A DNA stretch of 63,733 nucleotides, counting the filler, from Octopus bimaculoides (Eukaryota): assembly GCF_001194135.2 (NCBI RefSeq). It is 5 parts of 5 records of this genome, joined end to end, with 100 filler letters (N's around TTAATTAATTAA, not from the genome) between each part and the next. Parts side by side here need not be neighbours in the genome. Positions count along the whole stretch, not along the records: positions 1 to 29,080 come from NC_068988.1; 4 more parts are not named here. One strand, 5' to 3'. This document shows positions 1-13,761 of this stretch, piece by piece (the first letter of the stretch is position 1; each line of letters begins with the position of its first letter). The notes below the pieces were generated by a model that did not search any database, was not told the DNA's origin, and saw only the letters and a list, made by a program, of their open reading frames with translations. A program made the position numbers and the translations under genes.

Positions 1-2445
1 ATATATATATATATATATATATATATATACTGGACTAAACTGGCCTTTTTTCAGTGTAAACGGCCAGTCAGTGGGTCATCTATATTCGAATCTTTGCGTT
101 ACGGCAATCAACGGATGGTTGAAGTGTGCGATGGGTAGGTTGGGTTAAAGGAACGTCTAAAGGAAGAAGGGATACGAAATATATATCAACATGCTCCAAT
201 TTACTGAACTGAACTCGATTGTTAACTGGTTTGTATTAATGCTAGACTTGCTTGGGTATCAGCTTTTATATTTTGAAGTACATTTTCGTGATTAGGATAT
301 GACGAGTTTGATATGACTGTTCATTCACAGTAACATCGGTGATATCTTTGTTTAACGCAGGTCTCACGTGGCTAATGAGCAATTAGCAAACACAGTCAAG
401 CTATCAGCATCTCCTTTGTGTTCTTTATCATAATTTACATTGCCCAGTGTATCCGTTTTCAGGTGCTAGAAGAGTGTTTTCTTTGACTGAATTATGCCTG
501 CAATTTCTAGCATTATGAAAAACGACATATTCACCATTACTGATCCTACTGTTAGAAGAAAAAGAAAAAGGAGACGAGGAGGAGGAGGAGGAGAAAGAGG
601 GGGAAGAAAAAGAACCCGCCGAGATGTAAAAAAAAACTTAGAATAGAAGAAATCTGAAATGTTGCTGCTAATAGGACAACTAACAATAATATTATTACTC
701 CTAATATTTATACCACTATTCGTATTTATTTCTTGTTATTTCTTAATCCTTATTCACCCCCCCCCTTTTTTTTTNNNNNNNNNNCCTTTTTTTTTCTTTC
801 CCGTCTTCCAGTTCAACTTAATTTCTTTTTACTTCTCTGAAATACAGTAACAAAACAAAGAGGAAGCAAAAGATTCATTGATTAAAAACTCATAATTGGA
901 ATGGTTTCCAATTATCTCTTTTGTTTTCCGCTTATTTGAACACTGTAAAACCAGAATAACCAACCGTAGCAAAGAAAACTACAAGACCGAGAGTAATAAT
1001 AATAATTTGCAGGGATGATTTCAAAATTAAAAAACAACAAAAACGACGACGACGACGATGATGATGATAATAATAATAATAATAATGAAATAACCATTAT
1101 TATCATCAGTGACGTTATCATCATCAATTTTCTTATCATCATCATCATACACACTTACCACCTGGTGGTAAAGTGTTAACGCGTTTGAAATATATGAAAA
1201 TTTAGTAACAGCTTTTTAAACAATTAGTGTTCAAGAAATAAATATAACAAAAGGTATTGTTTGTAATAAATAATACTTTCATTAAAGAAGAAAAATCCAA
1301 GTTTAGCTGACAATAGCTATTTTAACGGCTTCACCTTTTTTTTGTTTGTTTTTGTTCCTATGAGTGTTTGTGGAAGATTGTGAATTATAATGATACAGAT
1401 ACCTGGAAAATTGGAATATGTATAATTGTGGATTATTTAACCAATACTACATTGAAAATTAAATAAAATCTTAGAGCTGTGTGTATTTAGAATACAAAGA
1501 AGGTTTACTCATTTTATCTAGCAACTGACAAAATCGATGATGTTTCTGACAGCAATAAACATGCTGAAGTGTTAATCTGAGATTAAAAACTGATATTAAT
1601 AAACACCATAATGAAGTAATTGTTAGCTTAATGATAATATTGAGGTCAAGTTATTTAAAGAATATAATTGATGAATTGATGAAGAGAAACAAATACTGAA
1701 TGAAAAGAAAACAAGACGTATTTTATTTTTCATATCATATAAAATAGACTAAAAATAATGAAAGATTACGTTATCATAATTTCTTTTTTTTTTTTGTTTG
1801 TTTGTTTGTTTTTTTGCCTGAAAATGTTTTGTGCCGTGTTTTCTGTAATGCATTTCTTAGTAGTTGCGTTGCATCCTCTGTTATTGTTTCAGATTCATTC
1901 AGAAACATTTCGACAGATGTGATTTTTTTTTTTCAATCCAAGCTCTATCAATTTTCTGTATTTCTTTCGTTGATATAGGACTTCTACATCTCTCCCTCCT
2001 CTCTCACTCACTCACACATACACACACGCACAACCACACACATACACACACACACGTACACACAAATGCATATTCTTTGAATCTTTTGCTAATACCAGTC
2101 ACGGATACCGACCTCTTTGGGTACAACACTGGAATATTTAGTAAGGCAATTAGACCATGGTATTTATAGTTTTAAGTGTATAGTTTATATAACCGGAATG
2201 ATATTTTGGGTTTTCTATTTTTTTGTCAAACTGATTTATTCAAACAGGTTTACAAACCAATACGGTGGTGGAGAGGCAATATGGATCACACCTGAACATA
2301 TGCAAATATATATATGTATGACAACTTTATTCCGCCTTCTAGAGATATTTATCCAACCTTCTAGGTTGTTTTCCACAGCTATCCCTCGTTCGAATTTTGC
2401 TACGTTTCTATTACATATTTATCTATCTATCTATCTATCTACCTA

Positions 2446-2504
<59 letters not shown>

Positions 2505-2650
2505 NNNNNNNNNNNNNNNNNNNNNNNNNNNNNNNNNNNNNNNNNNNNNNNNNNNNNNNNNNNNNNNNNNNNNNNNNNNNNNNNNNNNNNNNNNNNNNNN
2601 NNNNNNNNNNNNNNNNNNNNNNNNNNNNNNNNNNNNNNNNNNNNNNNNNN

Positions 2651-2696
<46 letters not shown>

Positions 2697-2730
2697 TATA
2701 TATATATATAGATATATATATATATGAATA

Positions 2731-3100
2731 TGGCATTGCTATGTGGTAAGAAGCTTGCTTGCCACCCACATGGCTCAGGGTTCAGTCCCACGGCGTGATA
2801 CCTTGGGCCACGAGCCAACCAAGGCTTTGTGAGTGGATTCGGTAGGCGGAAACTGAAAGAATCGTGTAGTATATATATATGTATATATTTATGTGTGTGT
2901 CCGAGTTTGTGTAGTCCTCCCCACCATCGCTTAACAACCAATGTTGATGTGTTTACCTCTCCGTAATCTAGCGTTTTGGCAAAAGACACCGATAGAATGG
3001 GTACCAGGCTTACAAAGAATAAGTTCAGGTGTCGATTCCTTCGAATGAATTGGTGTCCTGCATGGCCCCAGTCAGATGGCTGAAACAAGTAAAAGAAAAG
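2731..3100 (+). mobile_element. SINE family A (tRNA-like head, GTGGATTTGGTAGACGGAAACTGAAAGAAGCCC central block, internal TA/TG repeat)
   Basis: Matches the better copies at 25879, 54570 and 60575, with an internal deletion in the head. Confidence 0.8.
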
Positions 3101-3234
3101 AATAAATGAATATATATAGATATAAAGTGAGAGAGCGAGGGATGAACAAACACACACACACACACACACACACACTATATATATTTNNNNNNNNNNATAT
3201 ATAACGGGCTTAAGTAGACATCATTATAATACTA

Positions 3235-3647
3235 ATTCTCTCTACTTTTGACAGAAGGCCAGCAATTTAAGTGGGAGGTGCTAGTCCATTACATTTCCCC
3301 CCGTACATAACAGGTACTTTATTTTATTGACTCCTGAAGGATGAATAACACAGTTGACATAGTTAAGATTTGAACTCAAAACGTAAGGAGCTAGAAGAAA
3401 GGCTGTTGTGCATCTTGCCTGCCTTATACATCATTATAATATTAGCTTGTCACAAAGCTAGAAATTTCCGGGAAGAGGTACATCGATTACATCAACCCGT
3501 GCTTGACTATTACTTATTTTATCGACACCGAGAGGATAAAAAACAAATTCGACTTCGGCAGAATTTGAACTCAGAACGTTCAGATTGTCAAAATGCCGCT
3601 AATCATTTTGCACGGTGTGCTAATGATTCGTTTCTGCTGGCTACCTT
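3235..3647 (-). mobile_element. SINE family B, two adjacent diverged copies
   Basis: Family B in sense orientation reads GGCGGTGAGCTGGCAGAAACGTTAGC..GAGTTCAAATTCCGCCGAGGTCGACTTTGCCTTTCATCCTTTCGGGGTCGATAAA..AGTACCAG. Both copies match its reverse complement. Confidence 0.7.
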
Positions 3648-4243
3648 ACATCATTAGGATATTAATGTCATTGAAGTATTATTCTTAATGACTCAAATAC
3701 TCTAAATGAGATCATAGAAGTCTATATAAAAATAAAACAGTTTCTTATCATCTGTCTTGTATAACAATAGCAAAAGTCTTATCGACAGCAGATTCTGTCG
3801 TTTTCATTGTGATTCTTATTAAAATTTTGAAGTAATATGAATTACCGTAAAGAACTATCTTATAACTTCCACTTTAACCAGGAGCACAAAAGAGGCTCTA
3901 ACACTACACGTAATACATATTACATATCAGTGTTGCTGATACAACTGATGTAACAATGTGTTTAACTCTCAAACAATAAGAGATTAGCAAAAATAATTGG
4001 ATATTAAGAGCAATTTGCTAAAGTTTAAGTTCGTTAATAATTAAAACCCACTGGTTACCTTCAATCTAGCTGCATAATTGATAGGTATACAGAGTATTTA
4101 ACATATCGTCTGTAAAGATACATTTTTTAAAATATTTAGTGGTGTCGTCGATAGAGGTGGTCACATGGTCCTCGCACGTCCACTGCGTCCGGTGAGACTG
4201 AAGTGTCTGCTTTTCTACTTAAACCTCTGTTGGTGAATACCTA

Positions 4244-4530
4244 GTGGAGGCACGTGGCTTAGTGATCAGGATGTTGGAGTCATGATCGTAAGATTGTGGT
4301 TTCGATTGCTGGACCGGGCAATGCGTTGAGTTCTTGTGCAAAACACCTCGATTCACGCTGCTCCAATCCTCTCAGCTGGCAAAAATGAGTAATCTTGTGA
4401 TGGACAGGTGTCTCGTCCAGGTGGGGAATTTATACGCCATGGGAACCGGGAAATTGTCCCTTATGATTCGGTATGACTTGGCATCACCCGAGAAGGAATT
4501 CTTGTGGGCTAACATCCTGAGAAGAACAGG
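4244..4530 (+). mobile_element. tRNA-derived SINE sharing a family D-like head, with a CORE-like body (second copy at about 46345-46570)
   Basis: Head GTGGAGGCACGTGGCTTAGTG..GGTTTCGATTG, then TTCTTGTGCAAAACAC..CTCCAATCC.CTCAGCTG..AAATGAGTAATC. The same blocks recur at 46.4 kb. Confidence 0.65.
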
Positions 4531-4614
4531 CACGGCACAGTGTATATTAAGCAGAATTTTCATAGAAAACAAACACACACACACACATACATACATACAT
4601 ACATACATGTATTA

Positions 4615-4792
4615 TTTTTCTTTTCTCAGTCTCCAGACTGCAGTCATGCTGGAGCACCGCCTTGAAGGATATTTAGTCGAATAAATCGACCCTAACTTTC
4701 AAATTTTATTTAATAAGCCTGGTTACTTCTGTTTTTACGGGGTTGTAAAAACACCCGTTGCCAAGCGGTGGTATGGGACAGACAGACAAGCG

Positions 4793-4863
<71 letters not shown>

Positions 4864-5018
4864 TTTTTACGTTTACGTCTACAAAATCCACTCGCAAGGC
4901 TTTGGTAGGCCTGAGGCCTACAGTAGGTGACATTTGCCTAAGTTGGCTTGCAGTGGGACTGTACCCGGAACCATGCATTTGGGCTTCAAGTTTCTTGCAA
5001 CACTCCCACTCCTGCATC
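4615..5018 (-). mobile_element. SINE family A, with expanded internal (CA)n
   Basis: The reverse complement aligns with the head (GCAGGAGTGG..CCCACTGC), the central block and the 3' part (GGTGCTCCAGCATG). Confidence 0.75.
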
Positions 5019-7187
5019 TATTAAATATCTGTTTGCATGCACACACACACACAAATATGTATGTATAAATATATATATACAGAGAGAGAGAGGTACACAC
5101 ACACAGACATATGCACACATATATATTTATATCCATTTATCTATCTGCATGTGTGTGCGTATGTGTGGGGGGTGTTTGTGTGTGTGGGGGGGGCTACTGT
5201 TAAAATATAGATCACAACGAAGTTTTTCCTGAATACGTGCTGTCAGACTTCTATAGGTTAATTAAAAAAGTTTGCAGTAGTTATTGTTGCTTTTAGGCGC
5301 ACGCCATCTACTGAGAAAGCTGAAAACTAAGTGTAGTCACACCGTGAAAATAATGCCATTAATTAAATTAAATATGATGCTATTTTACTTGCAATTCGAG
5401 CGACCAGACAGATGTTTCACATTTATTCGGCATATGTAGCAGTTCAACCTATAAGCGAAAGTTCAAATAAAGTTATGAAATTTTACTACCGAACATGAAA
5501 AGTGATAAAGAAAAAACAACTATTTATAATCATAATTACATAGTGAATGCCATATTTATTCAAAGAACGTGTACCAATCAACATAGCCTCCAGGAGAGTT
5601 TCTGGAGAAAATCATCACTTCTATTCCTATTATCAAACTAACAAATTAATTTTGAAGTGTGGCGTGACATATTTTCCTAAAGGTGCTTAAAAGGAAAGTA
5701 TGACAGCGATACTGTGACGTTTTAAAGTAAATATTGACATTTTCAAGGTGAGCAGAATCGATTTTTATTTTGAAAGAGAAATTTAATTTTACTGAAAAAT
5801 AACCGAAGGAATTTTCAAATAATGATTGTGTGAAAAATACCACCACATACAGTAATTTACTCGCAGTATACATACATCCGTACATATATACACGTACGCA
5901 CGTACATATGTATGATATCGTGCTATAAATATAATTATGAAAATGCATACAACAAATTTCCTTCATGGACCAAATGCATTCTAAATATAGAATAACATAA
6001 CCATGAAAAATATAAATATGAAATAGTTATAAAACAACGCAAAATTAATTAAAACAATCAAAGACTCCAAAAACACCAAAAACTGAGATGACAAAAATGA
6101 TAGGACGAAAACTTTCTGGGAATGTGTGCAAAGACTGAAGTGAATCATTGCTGGAATGTGCTCATGTGATTTGTTGTCTGTAAGAGGCGAGGGTTGTAAA
6201 AGAACCAAACTCTCAGTCTTCAGTTTCGTGCCTACTCTCCACTATGGTTAAAGATGTTGAGCAAAGTCTGAAAGAGTACGATCGTGATTACGAAACGGCA
6301 GAAATGGGGGTTCCTTTGAGGGATTTCTCAATGGTAACATTAGTCAACAGGGTATATAGCTCGGGAATCAATAATTCTCCCCATGTCAAGCTTCTTCTCG
6401 AGAGGTCACAACTCAGGAACTAAAAACATGAGACTAGAATGTAGCAGGAAATAATCAGCAGGAGAGCTGAGGGGAGACTAAGAATGGGATTGTTGAATAA
6501 TATCCTTAGTCTAGGCTGGTCACGCTTGGGAATCCAGCCGGTAACTGTAATGACAGTTGATTCTGATAGAACCCTATGGAAGAGACGCCTGTAAATTCTA
6601 GCACACAACTCTCCCAGGAATTGTGGGTGGAGACGATGGATGAATGAATTCCCCAAAATAAACACTAGTACATAAGAATTTAAAATTTTTTACTAATAAC
6701 AAACCACAATTTTCCAAACCCGCGAAAAGTCACTCATGAAATATGATTTAAACATCAAGTTGCAAACATATTAAGTACAACTTTTTGCATCAGGATTAAA
6801 TGTGGCTATACTAGACGATCAATCAGCGAGTCGTAGCAAAGTCCTGCAACAAGGAGCATTTGTAATGCTCCCTACAACACAGCATAAATGTAGATAGTAA
6901 AATATTGGAGTGTATATGTATACTTTGTGATTAATTACTTACCCGTGCGTAGTGCATGTGAATATCTTTTCTCGGGAGAGAAGAAGGAGAGGGAGAGAAG
7001 AAAGAGAGGGAGAGAGTACTTATTTGCTACTGTCATTAGGTCGAAAATGGAATTATGCCGTTTTCTTTATTTACGAAAGCAACTAAAGTTCAAATATTTT
7101 CGAAATACTGTTTCTTTCTTTATAGCATCCTTTCTTCCACACACACACACACACACATACACATATATCTATATATCTATATATCTA

Positions 7188-7249
<62 letters not shown>

Positions 7250-8253
7250 TAAATGTATGCATGTATGCATTATGTTATATATGTGTGTATGTATGTATGC
7301 ATGTATATATACTGAGAGGGAGAGAGAGAGAGAGAGAATACTAAAATAAGGATTACGCCGAAGTAGCATTAGCCTTAATATATATACATACACACATATA
7401 GATAGATATATATACATACACACATAGATGGATAGATAGTTACATACATACATATGAACATGCATGCATACATACATACATACATAAAAACATATGTGCG
7501 TGTGCGTCTATATGTATACAAATACTTGTAGTTTGGGTCGTATACAATACTGACAAAACCTTGCAAATAAGCTTCAGAAAATATTAATATATCAGGATTA
7601 TATTAAAACACCTTTTCGTATTTAACATGCAATCTCATTTCTAGCTTATTACAATAGTCAGCATATTCTTTTCGCGAACCAGTCAGAAGATTACGAAATA
7701 GGAATAAACATTCATTCTTTTGAAACATTTTCAAGTGTATCATTTTAAAATTGTTTACACTCTACTTTTCAGCTAAACAGATCTACACTGGTCTTTCGCT
7801 ATTTATTGATTTTTATTGGAAATCAATAAATAGTTTTGATCCAAGTATACACCAATTATGAATCGTTTTAGCATGGTTGAATATTTTAAAAATACTCCAC
7901 GCAATTGATAACCAAATGGTTCTTATCTGGGCTGTGGTTTTTATGTCACAATCTCCATAATTATTTCAATTTTTTAAAATTTTATTATTCGTAATGGATA
8001 CACAGTTGGTTTGCTATCAAGCACCACGTCCCTCTGCTATTCTCTTGAAAAGCCAGCTACTGAACGATTTTTCTGTTGGAGTTATATCTATACATACATG
8101 TTATATATACGCAGAAGTTTAATTTCGCTGTGATAATGCACAGTTGAATAAGTGATTAGGTTCGGTTGTGGCAATGTGGTTATACAGCTACCATGATTGA
8201 CCGCTAGCTCCAAAAGATTTTTTTTTCTCCCTCTGTTTATTTCTTCGTGTACC

Positions 8254-8287
8254 TTTCTGTTGAAGAGCGTAGGCTCAAAACGTAAAA
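8254..8287 (+). ncRNA. Degenerate minimal hammerhead-like motif
   Basis: TTT-CTGTTGA-A-GAGC(gtag)GCTC-AAAA-CGTA|AAA, with two core substitutions. Confidence 0.3.
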
Positions 8288-8377
8288 TATTTTCTCACCT
8301 TCCCGAGCGTTAAACTAATATACCAGTTTCTTATCTATACACATGTCTTCGTCTTTTGTTTTTCTGTAAATTTCAAC

Positions 8378-8413
<36 letters not shown>

Positions 8414-8472
8414 ACTGTGTGTGTGTATGTATGTATGGATGCATCTGTGTATACACACACAAACACACACGC

Positions 8473-8522
<50 letters not shown>

Positions 8523-9256
8523 ATGCATATGTGTATGTATATTGCGGCCATCATTTTATTCCCTTCATATTTTCTGTTTGTCTACGTTTGAATTACTTCA
8601 ATAACATATTGTAAAAATATTCACTGCAGAATTCAGAAGGGGATCTTTCGATCAAATTATTTAAGAACTGAAACCAATAATATCATTTGCGGTTCGTGCT
8701 GTAAGTATGTTTACTCTTGCATATATAGATAGGAATGTGTCTTATAAATGCAACTTTAATTTCGATATATATGATTACATTTTACGCAAACAAGTCAGCT
8801 GCGTTCTTTTTATTCACGTTGCAAATACCGAGGGCTTCAATGTAATCTACAGCATTCCTTCATTGGGATATATTAATGATATTTATATGCAACTGCAGAT
8901 GCGTGGGACACACACATTTGAGGAAATCAGTGTATGTGTAAATTTATTATGCATATCCAGGCAAAGAATTATATATGAACAACTCGTGCCAAGCTGACAG
9001 ATTTACGTATGAACATTATTTTAAACTATAACACACTTTTACCTCAGTAAATGTTAATAGACGCAACTTAAGAGTGCACAAAACTATGGGATTTATGTAA
9101 GCAATGTGAAAGTATGCAAAAATTTAGTATACAAGCACTAATGAGTTTCTATAAATAGTAGGAGAGTTTGCGGAAATGAGTGCGTGAAACCAAGTAAACA
9201 TATTGATGTAATTAAATTAGAAAATCAGAACTTTGCATGTATAAACGAAACCATAT

Positions 9257-9342
<86 letters not shown>
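9257..9342. repeat. (CA)n microsatellite, representative of dozens of CA/TG, TA, CT, TATC, TATG, AAT and CAT tracts (e.g. 12730-12798, 26880-27000, 33028-33380, 56646-56820, 62671-62755)
   Basis: Read directly from the sequence. Most N gaps are flanked by such tracts. Confidence 0.97.
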
Positions 9343-9345
<3 letters not shown>

Positions 9346-9940
9346 CATAAATATACATGATACATATTTACAAGGATGTATATGTGTGTTTATATATATA
9401 TGACAATATAGGTATGTATAAATTTACATGTATGTATACATAGATATATGTAAATGTATATCCCATTTTCCTACGTATATAGGGATGCGTGTGTGTACGT
9501 CTGTGTATGTGAATGCGTGTACCTGTGTGTATGTGAATGTGCGTGTGTGTTTGAGTGTGTGTGAGAGTGTGTGGGTATATGAATATTAGATTTATGAATA
9601 TAACTTTCATGCAAATTATGTTCGTATATCGAATGGTATTATAGTACATATATATGATATAGGTAGATAGATATACACACATACATAACGATACACACAC
9701 ACACGCATAGAAACACGTATGTAGGCTAAACAAGTCATTTATCCTGTTGAAATTTTATTGTACTCTTTATGTAATTGCGTTAAATGGCGTATACGAAAAT
9801 TCAACATGTAGTTTTTAAAAATATAACTATTCGTCCTATGCATATGAAAATATTCTCTCTCGTTTTCTCTCTCACAGTCTCTGTCTCTTTCCTTCTCTCT
9901 CTTTCACACCATCACGAAGAGATAGTCATACACTTACGCA

Positions 9941-9988
<48 letters not shown>

Positions 9989-10483
9989 NNNNNNNNNNNN
10001 NNNNNNNNNNNNNNNNNNNNNNNNNNNNNNNNNNNNNNNNNNNNNNNNNNNNNNNNNNNNNNNNNNNNNNNNNNNNNNNNNNNNNNNNNNNNNNNNNNNN
10101 NNNNNNNNNNNNNNNNNNNNNNNNNNNNNNNNNNNNNNNNNNNNNNNNNNNNNNNNNNNNNNNNNNNNNNNNNNNNNNNNNNNNNNNNNNNNNNNNNNNN
10201 NNNNNNNNNNNNNNNNNNNNNNNNNNNNNNNNNNNNNNNNNNNNNNNNNNNNNNNNNNNNNNNNNNNNNNNNNNNNNNNNNNNNNNNNNNNNNNNNNNNN
10301 NNNNNNNNNNNNNNNNNNNNNNNNNNNNNNNNNNNNNNNNNNNNNNNNNNNNNNNNNNNNNNNNNNNNNNNNNNNNNNNNNNNNNNNNNNNNNNNNNNNN
10401 NNNNNNNNNNNNNNNNNNNNNNNNNNNNNNNNNNNNNNNNNNNNNNNNNNNNNNNNNNNNNNNNNNNNNNNNNNNNNNNNNNN

Positions 10484-10530
<47 letters not shown>

Positions 10531-11167
10531 AGAAATAGTAAACAAACCATGACATCATCATGCAGAGCTCAAAATTTAAATAAATCATTAGATTAGAATT
10601 AAATTAGACGATCTGAGTCGAAGTTGAGTAAGCTGTCGCTGTCCGATGTTTACTTCTTTACGATATCTTAAAAACGCCCTAACTGTACTTATACGGATAT
10701 GGTGTAAGGAAATGCTCTCTGTTGTTTCGCCATAAGCGATAAATTACAGGCGCCAATATACCTATAGAGCTTTCTATAATACATTGTAACTGAAAGGCTC
10801 ATATTTCTTGTCTCCGGTGATTAGCTATTATACCGAGCCTGCTTTTCTTTAGAATTATCCAATGTGTGCATATCCTTTTTTAATATGACAGGAAAATTTC
10901 TAGAAAACGCTTATCTTTTTCTTCTGTTTGAAAACCTTTCTGAATGACAAATGAGTAAACGGCTGCTTCAAGCTCACTTTTTGATTTTCTTTTCTGGTTC
11001 TCATCGTCCTATAACTATAAACGTCATGAACTCGATTACAAGCGAATCATGAAATTGCGTTACATTTAAACAATATTCTGTTCTGACAAAATACTTTTAA
11101 TTAATATGGGCATGTGTGTGTGTTCATTTCGTATACGCCTGAGCAGAGGCATACATATACTCATATT

Positions 11168-11218
<51 letters not shown>

Positions 11219-11863
11219 NNNNNNNNNNCACAAACACACACACACACACACACACACAAATACATATATATATGTATTATACATACACACACAGTTATAC
11301 ATGTATACATATACACATATGAGCATATACACATACGCACACATAGACACGGTTTCTAGTACTCAGAGTTACCGTTTCTCATCAACAGCCAGTAAACCGC
11401 GCCTGACTTTCGTTAAACATTTTCAATGTATACTTTTTGAAATATGGAAGCAGAGTTGATTGGAAACGATTAAATCTGAACGCTAGCAACCAGAGCCGTT
11501 AAGAGTCTGGATTTCTGGTCTCTGTTGCTTAAGAGGAGATAAGCACTCCGAAGTACATGCATCTAACATCTGGATGACATCTCAGTGAACTGACTTGGTG
11601 TATTGATATTTATTTGTCGGCAGCGAGAAATCTTCTCCATGAACAAATATTATGAATGGATTCCTTACGAGTTCAAATATTCCCCAAGCATATTTCAACT
11701 GGTAACAAGTTTATATTTAGGCAAATCGCTACGTAATACTGTCACCTATTACTTCATTTAAGGCGAACCACTGAACAGTGCTACCAGTCATTGAACGATG
11801 ATGGGAATGTCATATAAAAGGCCTGTCTCTCGTGTAACTTCGCTGTGTACGACTTTCTAGTTT

Positions 11864-11911
11864 CTGCTGCTGAAGAGGTGGTAACCACTCCAAAATGCGT
11901 GCATCCAGCTG
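11864..11911 (+). ncRNA. Degenerate type I hammerhead-ribozyme-like motif
   Basis: GCTG-CTGAAGA-GGTGG(taa)CCACTCC-AAAA-TGC(gt)GCA-TC|CAGC. G12 is replaced by A and stem II is imperfect. Confidence 0.45.
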
Positions 11912-12002
11912 CTGCTTAAAGGGTCAGAGTGAACTGAATCAGTGTACTAACACCTATTTGTCTACATCGAGAAATTCTTTCCATAGCAAAATACAGTGAA
12001 TG

Positions 12003-12043
<41 letters not shown>

Positions 12044-12726
12044 ATATATCCACATATATATACACACACATATATATGTATGCATATATGTAGATATATA
12101 TATTTATCCATTCTTATTTATATATATAGATATACAGGCATATATAGATGTAGATATAGAGATAGATAGATATCCGGATATATGCACATACCCATATGTA
12201 TGTGTATATATTTCAGTTCACATTATATCCGTCCATGCACATATATGCGAGAGAAAGAGGGACAGTTTGAGAGAAAGAGAGAGAATGAGTTAGAGTTGGA
12301 GAGAGGCAGTTAGACAGACAGACATGCAGAGAGAGAGACGCATGTAGAAAATGAGAGGGAGATATCGAATTCGGTCGTTTTCCTGTTTCGACAAAAAAAG
12401 ATAGCATAAACTGTCAGACGGATGAAGTATAAGCTGCGTCAAAAGAAAATCATTCCCCGCTTTGTATTTTGTCATTATCTTTATTATTATTATTATTATC
12501 ATTATGTTAGTTTACAACTTTTGTTTACATTTTTTCTTTCCTTGTTAGGACACGTTATTTTGATAGTGATAATTACAATAGCATCTTTTGATCAATAACA
12601 TCAAAGTAAAATGAGCAGCTACCAACTGTGTTTAGTTCAACTACGTATGGTAGGTGTGTAATTCTGCTATCATCAATGCTTAAGAGTTACTAAAATGAAT
12701 ACTGGCTCTCCTATTCACTTAACACT

Positions 12727-12802
<76 letters not shown>

Positions 12803-13600
12803 CAATGCAGGTGCCTATTGAAACACATGTAGACATTTATGGCATCCTCTGTTACCTAGGTTCGTTAGCTTCCTTACTTTATTGGTTATCTGTTCTATTA
12901 AAAGCTTAAATATACACGTTTCCTAACAAATTGTCAGTCTGAATTACGATGTGCTCTTCTCTGTGAAGATTTTTCTGTCAGAAAATAAAAGATATTAGGG
13001 AAGAAAAATATCTTCCTCAAGGCAAAATAATGTAACCTAAATACATACAGTTTTTACTAGTTCGTATTTACCAGTGCTTATACTAAAAATAGCCTGAGAA
13101 AAATAAAAGTATAAAACCAAGAATTTTTACAATTGTTGTTTTGTCCCTCGGATCCTTGGTATTTCTATCTCCAATTTATGATGAGAATGTTGTCATTAAT
13201 AGTCGATGTACTTTTCTGTAATTACTAAAGCGTTTAGATATTATCCCATATCGTTATTATTTAATAAAATATCTTATACACCATCCACGTCGCCAACTCA
13301 AATTTGACGTGTGACAACCTATTTCCTATACATTTATTATTCCTTAGTGGTTACGGGGCTTTATAAGAATTATGTCTGTCTTAGAAAGAAGAACCCCGTG
13401 TGTATAGCAAACATGATTTTAGAAATGTTGTATTGTTTCATTTGGATATGTAAGTAAGCTGTCTTTCTTCAAATAAAGATAAAATATCGGATTTTATATA
13501 TAATATAGCTGCCATTCAATATTTGAATAGGAAATTCATTATTACGCTTTTGACCTCTTTATATATTCAATTTTAACGTAAAACTATTCATACGAATATT

Positions 13601-13761
13601 ATTCTTTCCTACTCTAAGCACGAGTCCCGAAATTTCTTTCTTTTTTGGGGGGAGGGGAGGGGGAGCAGTCGATTACATTGACTCACAGTACTTAGCTGGT
13701 ACTTAATTAATCGACCCCGAAAGGATGTAAGACAAAGTCGACTTCGGCGGAATTTGAACTC
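13601..13761 (-). mobile_element. SINE family B, 5'-truncated at the B box
   Basis: CCCGAAAGGATG..AAAGTCGACTTCGGCGGAATTTGAACTCA, after which similarity stops. Confidence 0.8.

Noticed and set aside
1159-1161. 3-nt microexon on the minus strand (CAG|GTG|GTAAGT)
   Set aside because: The polypyrimidine tract is weak and such a match is expected by chance. Only junction reads could support it.
6120-6665. GC-richer segment, possibly a LINE or esterase-type ORF1 remnant (FILGNSFIHRL)
   Set aside because: Only one short motif is present and all frames have many stops, so it cannot be assigned without a search.
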